Positions 49,086 to 59,088 of a stretch of 64,000 nt of DNA are shown here, in pieces. The position numbers and the translations under genes are program-made. Each line of letters opens with the position of its first letter. Within the stretch, counting starts at the first letter, position 1. The notes below the pieces were generated by a model. That model did not search any database and was not told the DNA's origin. It was given only the letters and a program-made list of their open reading frames with translations. Source of the DNA: an uncultured Spirochaetota bacterium (lineage in GTDB: Bacteria > Spirochaetota > Spirochaetia > SZUA-6 > CAVTHK01); contig CAVTHK010000016.1 in NCBI GenBank assembly GCA_963734495.1, positions 132,428 through 196,427 on the forward strand. The letters are read 5' to 3'.

Positions 49086-49198
49086 GGAAGGGCCCCTCGA
49101 GGACTCGGGGCTGGGGACCCGGCGAGCCCCTCGACGAGTCGGGGTCTACGAGACGCCGGAAGGGCCCCTCGAGGACTCGGGACTTGGGACTTGGCGAG
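49086..49198. repeat. Two ~41-bp direct repeats sharing an identical 24-bp core GGAAGGGCCCCTCGAGGACTCGGG, plus a degenerate middle copy
   Basis: Cores at 49086-49109 and 49158-49181. The related CCCCTCGACGAGTCGGGG is at ~49128-49145. The repeats lie between the Rrf2 gene and the first suf gene. Confidence 0.55.
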
Positions 49199-49222
49199 TA
49201 CGCCAGGTCATAGGAGGAGGCG

Positions 49223-49537
49223 ATGGCTGAAAGCGGGCTCAGCAGGGGCGCCGTGCTGGAAGCGCTGAAGAACGTGCTCGACCCGGAGCTGGGCATGAAC
49301 ATCGTGGACCTCGGGCTCGTCTACCGCGTCGAGGTGGGGGACGACAAGGTGGAGGTCGACTTCACCCTGACCTATCCCGGCTGCCCGGCGGGCGAGCACA
49401 TACAAGAGGACATCAAGGCGACCGTGCAGGATTGCGCGGGGACCGAGAACGTGGCGATCAACCTGGTCTGGGACCCCCCGTGGAGGCCGGACTTCATGAC
49501 CGAAGAGGCCCGCGTGAGCCTCGGATACCCGATATAG
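49223..49537 (+). CDS. DUF59/MIP18-family Fe-S assembly protein (SufT-like)
   Basis: 104 aa. LKNVLDPELGMNIVDLGLVY and TLTYPGCP are typical of the family. Confidence 0.75.
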   Translation: MAESGLSRGAVLEALKNVLDPELGMNIVDLGLVYRVEVGDDKVEVDFTLTYPGCPAGEHIQEDIKATVQDCAGTENVAINLVWDPPWRPDFMTEEARVSLGYPI

Positions 49538-49548
49538 GAGCTGGAGCG

Positions 49549-50349
49549 ATGGCGAGCGTTCTGCAGATCAAGGACTTGAAGGCGAGCATCGACGGCAAGC
49601 CGATCCTCCAGGGCATCGACCTGGAGATGCGCACCGGCGAGATCCATGCCCTGATGGGACCCAACGGGTCGGGCAAGAGCACGCTGGCGAACGTTCTGCT
49701 CGGCCACCCGTCCTACCAGGTCACCGGCGGCCAGGTGCTCTTCGACGGGGAGAACGTGCTCGAGATGGAGACGCACGACCGGTCCCGCAAGGGGCTGTTC
49801 CTCGCGTTCCAGTACCCGGTGGAGGTCCCCGGCGTGACGGTCGGCAAGTTCCTCAAACGCGTCCTCGAGATCGGGGGCCAGGAGAAGCGCGAGGCGAAGA
49901 TGAACGTCTCGGCCTACATCAAGGAGCTGCGCTCGGCCATGGACTTCATGGAGATGGACCAGGCTTTCATCAACCGCTACCTGAACCAGGGCTTTTCCGG
50001 CGGCGAGAAGAAGCGCATGGAGATCCTGCAGATGCTCATGATGAAGCCGCGCTTCTCGGTGCTCGACGAGACCGACTCCGGGCTCGACATCGATGCCCTC
50101 AAGGTCGTCGCCAGGGGCGTCAACAAGCTGCGCGGCCCGGACTTCGGAGCGCTGATCATCACCCACTACCAGCGGATTCTGACCCACATCAAACCTGAAT
50201 ACGTGCACATCATGTACAAGGGCCGCATCATCACTTCGGGAGGCGCCGATCTGGTCACCGTTCTAGAGGCGCGCGGCTACGACTGGGTGCGCGAGCAGTT
50301 CGGCATCAAGGAGGAGGAGCTCGATGAGCAGCCAGCAGCAGCTCGTTGA
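49549..50349 (+). CDS. sufC: Fe-S cluster assembly ATPase SufC
   Basis: Walker [10 protein letters not shown], signature [12 protein letters not shown], Walker [12 protein letters not shown]. Adjacent to sufB/sufD. Confidence 0.92.
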   Translation: MASVLQIKDLKASIDGKPILQGIDLEMRTGEIHALMGPNGSGKSTLANVLLGHPSYQVTGGQVLFDGENVLEMETHDRSRKGLFLAFQYPVEVPGVTVGKFLKRVLEIGGQEKREAKMNVSAYIKELRSAMDFMEMDQAFINRYLNQGFSGGEKKRMEILQMLMMKPRFSVLDETDSGLDIDALKVVARGVNKLRGPDFGALIITHYQRILTHIKPEYVHIMYKGRIITSGGADLVTVLEARGYDWVREQFGIKEEELDEQPAAAR

Positions 50350-51727
50350 CATAGGGGACTACAAGGCGGGGTTCTCATACCCCGACAAGTCGGTCTTCAA
50401 GACCAAGAAAGGGCTCGACGAGAGCGTCGTTAACGCGATCTCCGAGCACAAGGGGGAGCCCGACTGGATGCGGCAGTTCCGCCTGCGCGCCCTCAAGCAC
50501 TACCGCAAGAGGGCGATGCCCAACTGGGGCGCCGACCTCTCCAAGCTCGACTTCGAGGACATCTACTACTACGCCAAGCCGATCGAGAACCAGGAGCGCC
50601 GCTGGGAGGACCTGCCCAAGGAGATCCGCGAGACCTACCAGCGCCTCGGCATCCCGGAGGCGGAGCGCAAGTTCCTTTCGGGCGTCGGCGCCCAGTACGA
50701 CTCCGAGATGGTCTACCACAACATCCAGGAGGAGCTCACAAAGAAAGGCGTGATCTTTTCCGACCCCGAGACCGCCGTGCGCGAGCACCCGGACCTGGTC
50801 AAGGAATACTTCGGGACGATCATCCCGTACATGGACAACAAGTTCGCGGCGCTCAACAGCGCGGTCTGGTCCGGCGGCAGCTTTGTCTACATCCCGAAGG
50901 GAGTCAGGGTCGACATCCCGCTGCAGGCCTACTTCCGCATCAACAGCCAGAACTTCGGACAGTTCGAGCGGACGCTCATCATCGCCGACGAGGGCAGCTT
51001 CGTGCACTACATCGAAGGCTGCACGGCGCCGATCTTCACCACCGACTCGCTGCACAGCGCGGTAGTCGAGATCATCGCGAAGAAGGGCGCCCGGGTGCGC
51101 TACTCGACGATCCAGAACTGGTCCGGCGACGTGTACAACCTGGTGACGAAGCGGGCGGTCGCCTACGAGGACGCGACCGTCGAGTGGGTCGACGGCAACA
51201 TCGGGAGCAAGCGCACGATGAAGTACCCCTCCGTCTACATGATGGGCGAGGGGGCGCACGGCGAGATCCTCTCGATCGCCTTTGCGGGCAAGGGGCAGGA
51301 GCAGGACACCGGGGGCAAGGTCGTGCACGTGGCGAGCAACACCAGCTCGGTCATCACCTCCAAGTCCATCAGCAAGAGCGGCGGCATCGCGAGCTACCGG
51401 GGCCTGGTCAAGGTCAACCCGAACCTCAAGAACATCCGCTCCCGGGTCGTCTGCGACGCGCTCATCCTCGACGGGCAGTCCGGCACCAACACGTTCCCGT
51501 ACATGGAGATCGACTCCGACGACGTGTCCATGGAGCACGAGGCGCGCGTGAGCCGCATCAGCGAGGACCAGCTGTTCTACCTGATGAGCCGCGGGATGGA
51601 CGAGCACGAGGCCTCGGCGATGATCGTCAATGGGTTCCTCGACCCGCTGGTCAAGCAGCTTCCCATGGAATACGCGGTCGAGCTGAACCGCCTGATCGAG
51701 CTCGAGATGGAAGGCTCGGTCGGGTGA
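50324..51727 (+). CDS. sufB: Fe-S cluster assembly scaffold SufB
   Basis: 467 aa with characteristic SufB sequence throughout ([24 protein letters not shown], ...). Overlaps the sufC end by 26 nt. Confidence 0.92.
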   Translation: MSSQQQLVDIGDYKAGFSYPDKSVFKTKKGLDESVVNAISEHKGEPDWMRQFRLRALKHYRKRAMPNWGADLSKLDFEDIYYYAKPIENQERRWEDLPKEIRETYQRLGIPEAERKFLSGVGAQYDSEMVYHNIQEELTKKGVIFSDPETAVREHPDLVKEYFGTIIPYMDNKFAALNSAVWSGGSFVYIPKGVRVDIPLQAYFRINSQNFGQFERTLIIADEGSFVHYIEGCTAPIFTTDSLHSAVVEIIAKKGARVRYSTIQNWSGDVYNLVTKRAVAYEDATVEWVDGNIGSKRTMKYPSVYMMGEGAHGEILSIAFAGKGQEQDTGGKVVHVASNTSSVITSKSISKSGGIASYRGLVKVNPNLKNIRSRVVCDALILDGQSGTNTFPYMEIDSDDVSMEHEARVSRISEDQLFYLMSRGMDEHEASAMIVNGFLDPLVKQLPMEYAVELNRLIELEMEGSVG

Positions 51728-51744
51728 GCCGCGAGGGAGCGAGA

Positions 51745-53016
51745 ATGGCAAAAACTAAAGGTGTGCAGCGGGCCGCTGCCGCGACGCAGGCCTCCGCGGC
51801 GGAGCCCGCCTGGCTGGCGGCGCTGCGAGGCAGCGCCGGGCAGCGCTTCGAGACGATGAGCTGGCCTACGCCGCAGGAAGAGGAGTGGCGACGCACGGAC
51901 GTCACGACGCTGGATTTCTCGTCCTACCGGCTGGCTGTTCCGGCTGCGGCCGAGGTGGCGGCGGCCGCGGTTCCCGAGGGGCTCGCGGGCGTGCTTCGGT
52001 TCCGCGGCGGCTCGCTGGCGCAGGCCTCGATCCGGCCCGACCTGGCGGCGAAGGGGGTGCGCTTCGCGAGCCTGGTGGGGCCGCACAACGGCCTGGCGTC
52101 ACGGGTGGAGTCGGTGCTGCGCGCGGGCCTGGAGCGCGCGGACAACCGCCTGATCGCGTGGCACTACCAGCGCATCACCCACGGCGCTCTGCTCGAGGTG
52201 CCGCAGTTCCTCGAGATCGCCGAGCCTTTCCTCGTGGAGTTCGAGGAGGCCGGCGAAGGCGCCCTGACCATGCCCCACGTCACCGTGATCCTGGAAAGCG
52301 GAGCCCGGGCGGTCGTCGCGACCCGCATCGTGTCCGGCGCGGCGGACCGGCTGCTCTGCAACGCGGCGCTGGAGGTGGTGGTCGGCGACGCGGCGAAGCT
52401 CCAGTACTTCGAGGAGCAGGGGCTCAGCGCGAGCTCGACGTTCTTCAGCAACGGGGTCGCTTCGGTCGGCCGCGACGCGGAGCTGCTCCACTTCGCGGCC
52501 TCCCTGGGAGGAAAGCTCGCCAAGACGCGGCTCGACTGCACCATGGCCGGCCAGGGCGGGACGGTGAACCTGAACGGGGTTTACTTCGCTGCGGGCAGGC
52601 AGCACATGGACCTGCGCACGGTGCAGCATCACAAGGCGGGCAGCTCGTACAGCCGCTCGTTCTACAAGGGCGCGGTCAGGGACGAGGGGCGGACGGTCTA
52701 CCAGGGCTTGATCGAGGTCATGCCGACCGCGCCCAAGACCGACGCGTACCTGACCAACCGCAACCTGATCCTGAACGACGGGGCGCGGGCGGACTCGATC
52801 CCCGGCCTGCGCATCAACCAGGACGACGTGCGCTGCAGCCACGGGTCGACGACGGGCCGGATCGATCCGGCACAGCTGTTCTACCTCGCCACACGCGGGC
52901 TCTCGCCGCGCGAGGCCGCGCAGGTGCTCGTCGTCGCCTACTTCCAGGAGCTCGTCGACCAGATGCCGGAGTTCATGCGGGAGCCGATCCTGCGCGAGCT
53001 CGAAGCGCGCGCGTAG
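51745..53016 (+). CDS. sufD: Fe-S cluster assembly protein SufD
   Basis: ATG 51745 within ORF 51184..53016. The C-terminal beta-helix region (HMDLRTVQHHKAGSSYSRSFYKGAV..., VRCSHGSTTGRID) is SufD-like. Confidence 0.85.
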   Translation: MAKTKGVQRAAAATQASAAEPAWLAALRGSAGQRFETMSWPTPQEEEWRRTDVTTLDFSSYRLAVPAAAEVAAAAVPEGLAGVLRFRGGSLAQASIRPDLAAKGVRFASLVGPHNGLASRVESVLRAGLERADNRLIAWHYQRITHGALLEVPQFLEIAEPFLVEFEEAGEGALTMPHVTVILESGARAVVATRIVSGAADRLLCNAALEVVVGDAAKLQYFEEQGLSASSTFFSNGVASVGRDAELLHFAASLGGKLAKTRLDCTMAGQGGTVNLNGVYFAAGRQHMDLRTVQHHKAGSSYSRSFYKGAVRDEGRTVYQGLIEVMPTAPKTDAYLTNRNLILNDGARADSIPGLRINQDDVRCSHGSTTGRIDPAQLFYLATRGLSPREAAQVLVVAYFQELVDQMPEFMREPILRELEARA

Positions 53017-53025
53017 GGGCGCGCC

Positions 53026-53376
53026 GTGGCGGCATGGAAACGAGTCGCGGATGAGTCCGCGCTCGCCGACGTCGAGGTCATCGGGGTGATCTGCGAGGGA
53101 AAGCGCGTCGCGTTGTTCAAGCTCGAGGACGCCGTCTACGCGATGGATGACGTATGCTCGCACGAGTACTCGCTGCTCTCGCAGGGCGAGGTCTGGCAGG
53201 GCGAAGTGTCTTGCGCCAAGCACGGGTCCCGGTTTAACATCCGCACCGGCGCGGTGCGCGGGCTTCCGGCCACCCTGCCCGTGAAGACGTACCCCGTGCG
53301 AGTCGAAAACGGCGCAATTTACGTGGATCTGGATGGATCACATGGTGACGACAAAGCAGGCGCCGCGGGTCGGTGA
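53026..53376 (+). CDS. Rieske-type [2Fe-2S] ferredoxin
   Basis: 116 aa. CSHEY ... CAKHGSRF is the Rieske CxH/CxxH ligand pair. It sits between sufD and sufS and overlaps the sufS start. Confidence 0.75.
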   Translation: MAAWKRVADESALADVEVIGVICEGKRVALFKLEDAVYAMDDVCSHEYSLLSQGEVWQGEVSCAKHGSRFNIRTGAVRGLPATLPVKTYPVRVENGAIYVDLDGSHGDDKAGAAGR

Positions 53377-54604
53377 GAGGCTCGTATCGGACATCCGCCG
53401 GGAGTTCCCGCTCCTGGCCCGCCGTTTCCACGGGAAGCCGCTGGTCTATCTCGACAACGCGGCGACCACGCAGAAGCCGGCGGCCGTCCTGGACGCGATG
53501 CGTGCCTACTACGAGCGCGGCAACGCCAACGTGCACCGCGCGCTCTACGCGCTGGCCGAGGAGGCCACCGCGGCGTACGAGGAGGCGAGGCGCAAAGTCC
53601 AGCGTTTCCTCGGAGCGCGCAGCCCCCGCGAGATCGTCTTTACCCGGGGAACCACCGAAGCGATCAACCTGGTGGCGCAGAGCTGGGGCCGGGCCCACCT
53701 CGGCCCCGGCGACGAGATCCTGCTCTCCGAGATGGAGCACCACAGCAACCTCGTCCCGTGGCAGCTCATCGCCGCCGAAAAAGGCGCCACGCTCCGCTTT
53801 ATCCCGTTCGACGGCAGAGGCGTGCTGGAGCTCGATCGGCTCGAAGAGCTCTTTAGCGAGCGCACGCGCCTGGTGGCGCTCGTCCACATGTCCAACGTCC
53901 TCGGCACGATCAACGACGTGGAGCGGGTGATCCGGTTCGCCCACGAGCGGGACGTGCCCGTGCTGGTCGATGCGGCCCAGAGCGTCCCCAACATGCCGAT
54001 CGACGTGCAGGCGCTCGACTGCGACTTCCTCGCCTTTTCGGGCCACAAGATGTGCGCGCCCATGGGCATCGGCGCCCTCTACGGCCGCGAGCGGCTGCTC
54101 GAGGAGATGCCGCCGTGGATGGGGGGCGGCGAGATGATCGCCGCGGTCTGGCTCGATCACGCGACCTGGAACGAGCTGCCCTACAAGTTCGAGGCCGGCA
54201 CGCCCAACGTCGGCGGCGCTGTCGCGCTCGGGGCCGCCATCGACACCCTGAACGGCCTCGGCCTCGCCAACATCCGCGCCTACGAAGAGGGGCTCGCGGA
54301 GCAGGCCCTCGAAGCCCTTCGCACGGTCCCGGACCTGCGCGTTTACGGGGAGTCGCCGGCGCGCGGCGCCGTGATCTCGTTCACTCTCGGCGACATCCAT
54401 GCGCACGACGTGGCGCAGTTCCTCGACCGCGATGGCGTGGCCATCCGCGCGGGCCACCATTGCGCGAACCCGATCATGCGCAAGCTCGGGATCCCGGCCA
54501 CCGGGCGGGCCAGCTTCTATCTCTACAACACGCCGGACGAGGCGCTCGCGCTTGCAGCGAGCCTGAGCAGGGCGCGGGAGTTCTTCCACCATGGCGTTCG
54601 ATGA
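53333..54604 (+). CDS. sufS: Cysteine desulfurase SufS (group II)
   Basis: 423 aa. PLP-Lys context SGHKMCAPMGIG and catalytic loop RAGHHCANP. ATG 53342 is an alternative start. Confidence 0.9.
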   Translation: MDHMVTTKQAPRVGERLVSDIRREFPLLARRFHGKPLVYLDNAATTQKPAAVLDAMRAYYERGNANVHRALYALAEEATAAYEEARRKVQRFLGARSPREIVFTRGTTEAINLVAQSWGRAHLGPGDEILLSEMEHHSNLVPWQLIAAEKGATLRFIPFDGRGVLELDRLEELFSERTRLVALVHMSNVLGTINDVERVIRFAHERDVPVLVDAAQSVPNMPIDVQALDCDFLAFSGHKMCAPMGIGALYGRERLLEEMPPWMGGGEMIAAVWLDHATWNELPYKFEAGTPNVGGAVALGAAIDTLNGLGLANIRAYEEGLAEQALEALRTVPDLRVYGESPARGAVISFTLGDIHAHDVAQFLDRDGVAIRAGHHCANPIMRKLGIPATGRASFYLYNTPDEALALAASLSRAREFFHHGVR

Positions 54605-55025
54605 TCTCTACCAGGAGATCATCCTGGATCACTACCGCAACCCCCGCAACGCAGCGAAGCTGGACCAGGTGCCGGACACGGCGGTGCACGAGAACCCGAC
54701 GTGCGGGGACTCCCTCAAGCTCGTGGCGCGCGTGAACGCGGACGGGATCGTCGAGGAGATCCTCTTCGACGGCAAGGGGTGCGCGATCAGCATGGCTTCG
54801 GCCTCCATCATGACGGAAGAGCTCAAAGGAAGGCCGATCGCCGAGGCCCGCGAGCGTGTCCGGGAGTTCCTCGGTATCATGCGGGGCGAAGGCGACCCGG
54901 CGCTGCTCGACGAGCGGGGCGATCTCGCCTGCCTCAAAGGGGTCATCAGCTACCCGGTGCGCGTCAAGTGCGCCACGCTCGCCTGGCACGCCCTCGAAGG
55001 CGCGCTCGACAAGACGAAGACCTGA
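54591..55025 (+). CDS. sufU: SufU / IscU-like sulfur-transfer scaffold
   Basis: 144 aa. NPTCGD, GKGCAIS and VKCATLAW supply the three conserved Cys. Overlaps the sufS end. Confidence 0.85.
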   Translation: MAFDDLYQEIILDHYRNPRNAAKLDQVPDTAVHENPTCGDSLKLVARVNADGIVEEILFDGKGCAISMASASIMTEELKGRPIAEARERVREFLGIMRGEGDPALLDERGDLACLKGVISYPVRVKCATLAWHALEGALDKTKT

Positions 55026-55189
55026 ACGCGCCTCGGCTCGGGCGGTCGCCTCGCCCGGCGCCTCGCCGGGTCTGAGCCCGGCCGGCGGCGTTTCCTGTTG
55101 CCCCTTGCTCGCACCCGTCAGTATGCTCACCGTAACGGCCGCGTCGCGGCGCGCCGGATGCGCCGGACGCGACCGAGGAAAAAAGCCGG

Positions 55190-56326
55190 ATGGTTGTTGC
55201 GATCCCCCGGGAGCAGAACCCCGAAGAAACGCGCGTGGCGGCGACGCCTCAGTCGGTCGAGAGGCTCGTCAGGCTCGGCGCCAGCGTCGTCGTGGAGAAA
55301 GGGGCAGGCGCTCGTTCGCTCCAGCCCGACGGGGCCTACGAGAAGGCCGGCGCTGCGGTGAGCGACGACCGGCTGCAGATGCTCTCATCCGCGGACATAG
55401 TGCTGCGGGTGGAAAGCCCGCCGCCGCAGGAAACAGGCATCCTCGCCGACCGCTGCTTCCACGTGAGCCACCTCAACCCGTTCACCGAGAAGGCGCTCGT
55501 GCTTGCGTTGGCCGAGCGCGGAGCGCGCGCCGTCAGCATGGAGATGCTTCCGCGCTCGACGCGGGCGCAGAAGATGGACGCCCTCAGCTCGCAGGCATCG
55601 CTCGCCGGGTACGTGGCCGCCGTGCTCGCGGCCGAGCGGCTGAGGCAGGTCCTGCCGATGATGGTGACGCCTGCGGGCACGCTTTCGCCCGCCAGGTTCT
55701 TCGTGATCGGGGCGGGGGTGGCCGGACTCCAGGCGATCGCCACCGCGAAGCGCCTGGGCGCGGTCGTGGATGCCTTTGACACCCGACCCGAAGTGGAAGA
55801 GCAGGTCCGGTCGCTGGGCGCGCGGTTCGTCAAGGCCGACCTCGGGGAGACCGGGCAGACCAAGGACGGCTACGCGAAGGAGCTCACGACCGCGCAGCTC
55901 GCGGCGCAGCGGGAGGCGATGGCGCGCACGTGCGCGGGCGCGGACGCCGTCATCACGACCGCGCAGGTGTTCGGCCGCAGCGCGCCGCGCATCGTCACCG
56001 CGGAGATGGTGGCCGCTATGAAGTCGGGAAGCGTGATCGTCGACATGGCTGTCGAGAGCGGCGGCAACGTGGAGGGCTCCGTCGTCGGCGGCGAGACCGT
56101 GGCGGGTGGCGTCCGCATTCTCGGCTATCCGAGCCTGGCGCGCCGGGTGCCGGTGCACGCGAGCCAGATGTACGCGGCGAACCTCGCGAGCCTTCTGGAG
56201 GAGTTCTGGGACAGGGGGACAAAGCAGCTCGCGCCCCGTCGCGACGACGAGATCCTGTCCGCCTGCCTGCTCACCGAGGGCGGCATCGTCGTCAACGCCC
56301 GCATCAAGGAGGCCTACCGCACATGA
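55190..56326 (+). CDS. pntAA: NAD(P) transhydrogenase subunit alpha part 1
   Basis: 378 aa. N-terminal VAIPREQNPEETRVAATP and dinucleotide fold VIGAGVAGLQAIATAKRLGA. Confidence 0.88.
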   Translation: MVVAIPREQNPEETRVAATPQSVERLVRLGASVVVEKGAGARSLQPDGAYEKAGAAVSDDRLQMLSSADIVLRVESPPPQETGILADRCFHVSHLNPFTEKALVLALAERGARAVSMEMLPRSTRAQKMDALSSQASLAGYVAAVLAAERLRQVLPMMVTPAGTLSPARFFVIGAGVAGLQAIATAKRLGAVVDAFDTRPEVEEQVRSLGARFVKADLGETGQTKDGYAKELTTAQLAAQREAMARTCAGADAVITTAQVFGRSAPRIVTAEMVAAMKSGSVIVDMAVESGGNVEGSVVGGETVAGGVRILGYPSLARRVPVHASQMYAANLASLLEEFWDRGTKQLAPRRDDEILSACLLTEGGIVVNARIKEAYRT

Positions 56327-56616
56327 CCGATACGGCCGTTTACCTGACCTTCATTCTGGTGCTCTCGATCTTCCTGGGGTTCGAGGTGATCTCCAAGGTC
56401 CCCTCGACGCTGCATACGCCGCTGATGAGCGGCTCCAACGCGATCTCCGGCATCACGGTGATCGGGGCGATCACAGCCGCGGGCAGCGGGTCGGAGCGCT
56501 GGATCGTGATCGTGCTCGGGGTGCTGGCCGTGGCCGCGGCGATGATCAACGTCGTGGGCGGCTACCTCGTCACCGACCGTATGCTCGCGATGTTCCGCAG
56601 GAAGGACAAGAGGTAG
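56323..56616 (+). CDS. pntAB: NAD(P) transhydrogenase subunit alpha part 2 (membrane)
   Basis: 97 aa with three TM segments. ATGA overlap with pntAA. Confidence 0.85.
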   Translation: MTDTAVYLTFILVLSIFLGFEVISKVPSTLHTPLMSGSNAISGITVIGAITAAGSGSERWIVIVLGVLAVAAAMINVVGGYLVTDRMLAMFRRKDKR

Positions 56617-56618
56617 GC

Positions 56619-58001
56619 GTGGCCCTGCTCATCAACCTCGCCTACGTCGTCGCCGCGGTCCTGTTCGTCTTCGGCCTGAAGATGATGAGCTCGCCGCGAT
56701 CGGCGCGCGCAGGCAACCTGCTGTCCGCCGTCGGCATGCTCATCGCGGTGGTCGTGACGCTGCTCGACCGCAACATCATCGACTTCAAGGAGATCGCCTT
56801 GGGGCTCGCGATCGGTACCGCGGTGGGCTGGATCTGGGCGCGCGCCGTGGCCATGACGCAGATGCCGGAGATGGTGGCGATCTTCAACGGGTTCGGCGGC
56901 CTCGCCAGCCTCATGGTCGGCTGGATCGTCTACGCGCTCAACCCGGCCCTGGGGCTGTACCAGGCCGTCACCGTCCTGCTCTCGGTGCTGATCGGGGGCG
57001 TCACGTTTTCCGGGAGCGTCCTCGCCTTCGCCAAGCTCAACGGCATGGTGCCGGGCAAGCCCATCGTCTACCGCGGACAGCACATCGTGAACGCGATCGT
57101 CCTTGGCGGGAGCGTCGCGCTGAGCGTCGCCTTCGCCCTCGACCCCGCGGCCGGGGAGGCGTGGTTTCTGGCGGTCGTGGTGCTCTCGCTGGTCTTCGGC
57201 GTGCTCTCCGTGATCCCGATCGGCGGCGCCGACATGCCGGTCGTGATCTCGCTCCTCAACAGCTACTCCGGCCTCGCCGGGTGCGCCGCGGGGTTCGTGC
57301 TCCTCAACAACCTGCTGATTGTCGCGGGAGCCCTGGTCGGCGCGAGCGGCATCATCCTGACCAACGTCATGTGCAAGGCGATGAACCGCTCGCTCGGCAA
57401 CGTTCTGTTCAGCGGGTTCGGAGCCGTCCACCGGACCGCGGCCGCCGCGGGCACGGACGGCGGCGAGGTGCGGCCCATCAGCGCGAAGGACGCGTACCTC
57501 GTGCTCGAGGCGGCGCGGTCGGTGGTCTTCGTCCCCGGCTACGGCCTGGCCGTGGCGCAGGCGCAGCACGCGGTCCGCGAGCTCGCCCGCGCGCTCGAAG
57601 GCAACGGCGCGGAGGTCCGATACGCGATCCACCCCGTGGCCGGCCGGATGCCCGGCCATATGAACGTGCTCCTCGCCGAGGCGAACGTGCCCTACGACCA
57701 GCTGTTCGAGATGGACGCCATCAACCCGCTGATGCCTTCGGTCGACGTCGCGGTGGTCATCGGCGCCAACGACGTCGTGAACCCCGCCGCGCGGGAGGAG
57801 CCTTCGAGCCCCCTGTACGGCATGCCCATCATCAACGTCGACCAGGCGCGCGCCGTCTTCGTGCTCAAGCGGTCGATGAGCCCTGGTTTCGCCGGCGTCG
57901 AGAACCCGCTGTTCTACAAGCCGAACACGCGAATGCTCTTCGGGGACGCCAAGGCGAGCGTGCAGACCCTCGTGGGGGAGTTCAAGGGCGAAGGCAACTG
58001 A
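56619..58001 (+). CDS. pntB: NAD(P) transhydrogenase subunit beta
   Basis: GTG 56619. Multi-TM N-terminal half and a C-terminal NADP(H) domain (VPGYGLAVAQAQH, HPVAGRMPGHMNVLLAEA, IGANDVVNP). Confidence 0.9.
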   Translation: MALLINLAYVVAAVLFVFGLKMMSSPRSARAGNLLSAVGMLIAVVVTLLDRNIIDFKEIALGLAIGTAVGWIWARAVAMTQMPEMVAIFNGFGGLASLMVGWIVYALNPALGLYQAVTVLLSVLIGGVTFSGSVLAFAKLNGMVPGKPIVYRGQHIVNAIVLGGSVALSVAFALDPAAGEAWFLAVVVLSLVFGVLSVIPIGGADMPVVISLLNSYSGLAGCAAGFVLLNNLLIVAGALVGASGIILTNVMCKAMNRSLGNVLFSGFGAVHRTAAAAGTDGGEVRPISAKDAYLVLEAARSVVFVPGYGLAVAQAQHAVRELARALEGNGAEVRYAIHPVAGRMPGHMNVLLAEANVPYDQLFEMDAINPLMPSVDVAVVIGANDVVNPAAREEPSSPLYGMPIINVDQARAVFVLKRSMSPGFAGVENPLFYKPNTRMLFGDAKASVQTLVGEFKGEGN

Positions 58002-58345
58002 GCCGGCGGGGGAGCGGACACCCGGCGGCTCCGCCGCGGCAACGACTGATCTGCGCAGCGGAGACGATGGAGCCGGCGTCGGCGGCGGATACGGCTTCCG
58101 CTACGCGAACGGGCTCTTCGCGCCCCGACCGATTGAGCGAGTGACGTATCGCCGCCCACCGATGCCTTGATCGTCCCAAACACAGGTCCCACCGTGGCGG
58201 CGTGTCGCTGTCTCCGAGCGCCGGTATTCTCGGAGACGTTCAGGCAACCTGCGGAAATGCACGCCCCGGGGCCGTCACATGGGAAAATCCCGGGCCCGTT
58301 TCGAAGTGTTTGAAGCAGCATCGGCACACGCAGTCAGGCACAAAG

Positions 58346-58993
58346 TCAAGCGCCGCTCTTCGCCTCATGGGTCAGGTACGCCTCCAGCATCGTGACCGCC
58401 TCGTCCACAAGGCTCGCTCGGGAGATCACGCGCTCGTAGGGGTGAGCGGCGAAACGGTGGGTCAGGCTCTCTACGGTCTGGACGACCAGGAAGCCGGCGT
58501 GCTCGAGGTGGCGGTGCCGGACCTCCGGATACAGGCGCAACAGGCCCGCGACGCTCCTTGCGGCGCGGCGCTCGGCCTCGAGCAACGCCTGGTGAACCCT
58601 CTCGGGCAACGGCGTCTCTTCAAGCAGTATGTGCTGCAATCGCGGCCGCCCGGAGTGCGCGTCCAGCATCCCCGTCACGTAGTCGCGCAAAGCCGCACGC
58701 AACCCGTGGCGTTCGGCGACCATGTGGCCCACCCACTCGTGAAGCCGGTGGTCGGTTTCCGAGACGTGCCGTTCCAGCAACGCTACCGCGACGGCTTCCT
58801 TGCTCGGGAAGTACTGGTAGAGGGTGCCGACGGACACGCCGGCACGCTCCGCAATGCGGTTGGTCGTGCCTGCGGCGTAACCGTGTCCCTCGAAAACCTG
58901 AGCAGCGGCGACAAGAAGGTCGTCCACGGTAGCCTTGGATCGCTTTTGAACGGGCCTTTTTCTCGGCTCGAGACGCCGCTTGTGCGCAGTCAT
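58346..58993 (-). CDS. TetR family transcriptional regulator
   Basis: ATG 58993 follows AGGAGCG. HTH segment AGTTNRIAERAGVSVGTLYQYFPSKEA. Divergent from the P-type ATPase gene. Confidence 0.85.
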   Translation of the reverse strand: MTAHKRRLEPRKRPVQKRSKATVDDLLVAAAQVFEGHGYAAGTTNRIAERAGVSVGTLYQYFPSKEAVAVALLERHVSETDHRLHEWVGHMVAERHGLRAALRDYVTGMLDAHSGRPRLQHILLEETPLPERVHQALLEAERRAARSVAGLLRLYPEVRHRHLEHAGFLVVQTVESLTHRFAAHPYERVISRASLVDEAVTMLEAYLTHEAKSGA

Positions 58994-59014
58994 GGGATGC
59001 GCTCCTAACACGAG

Positions 59015-59058
59015 TAGACGTAATGTGAGCATTTACTCATAATAGGCGTCAGTGTCAA
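59015..59058. promoter_or_regulatory. Overlapping divergent promoters: TAGACG-N17-CATAAT (+, ATPase) and TTGACA-N17-TAAATG (-, tetR), with an imperfect palindrome between them
   Basis: Hexamers read directly in the only AT-rich stretch of the 95-bp intergenic region. TGTGAGCATTTACTCATA matches its own reverse complement at 12 of 18 positions. Confidence 0.35.
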
Positions 59059-59088
59059 CCACGGCGACGGTCTCACTAGGGAGGTAGC

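Noticed and set aside
55026-55189. Terminator after sufU (GCCGGG-N5-CCCGGC) and promoter TTGCCC-N18-TATGCT for pntAA
   Set aside because: The stem is only 6 bp and both hexamers match consensus at 4 of 6 positions. That is too weak to list as features.
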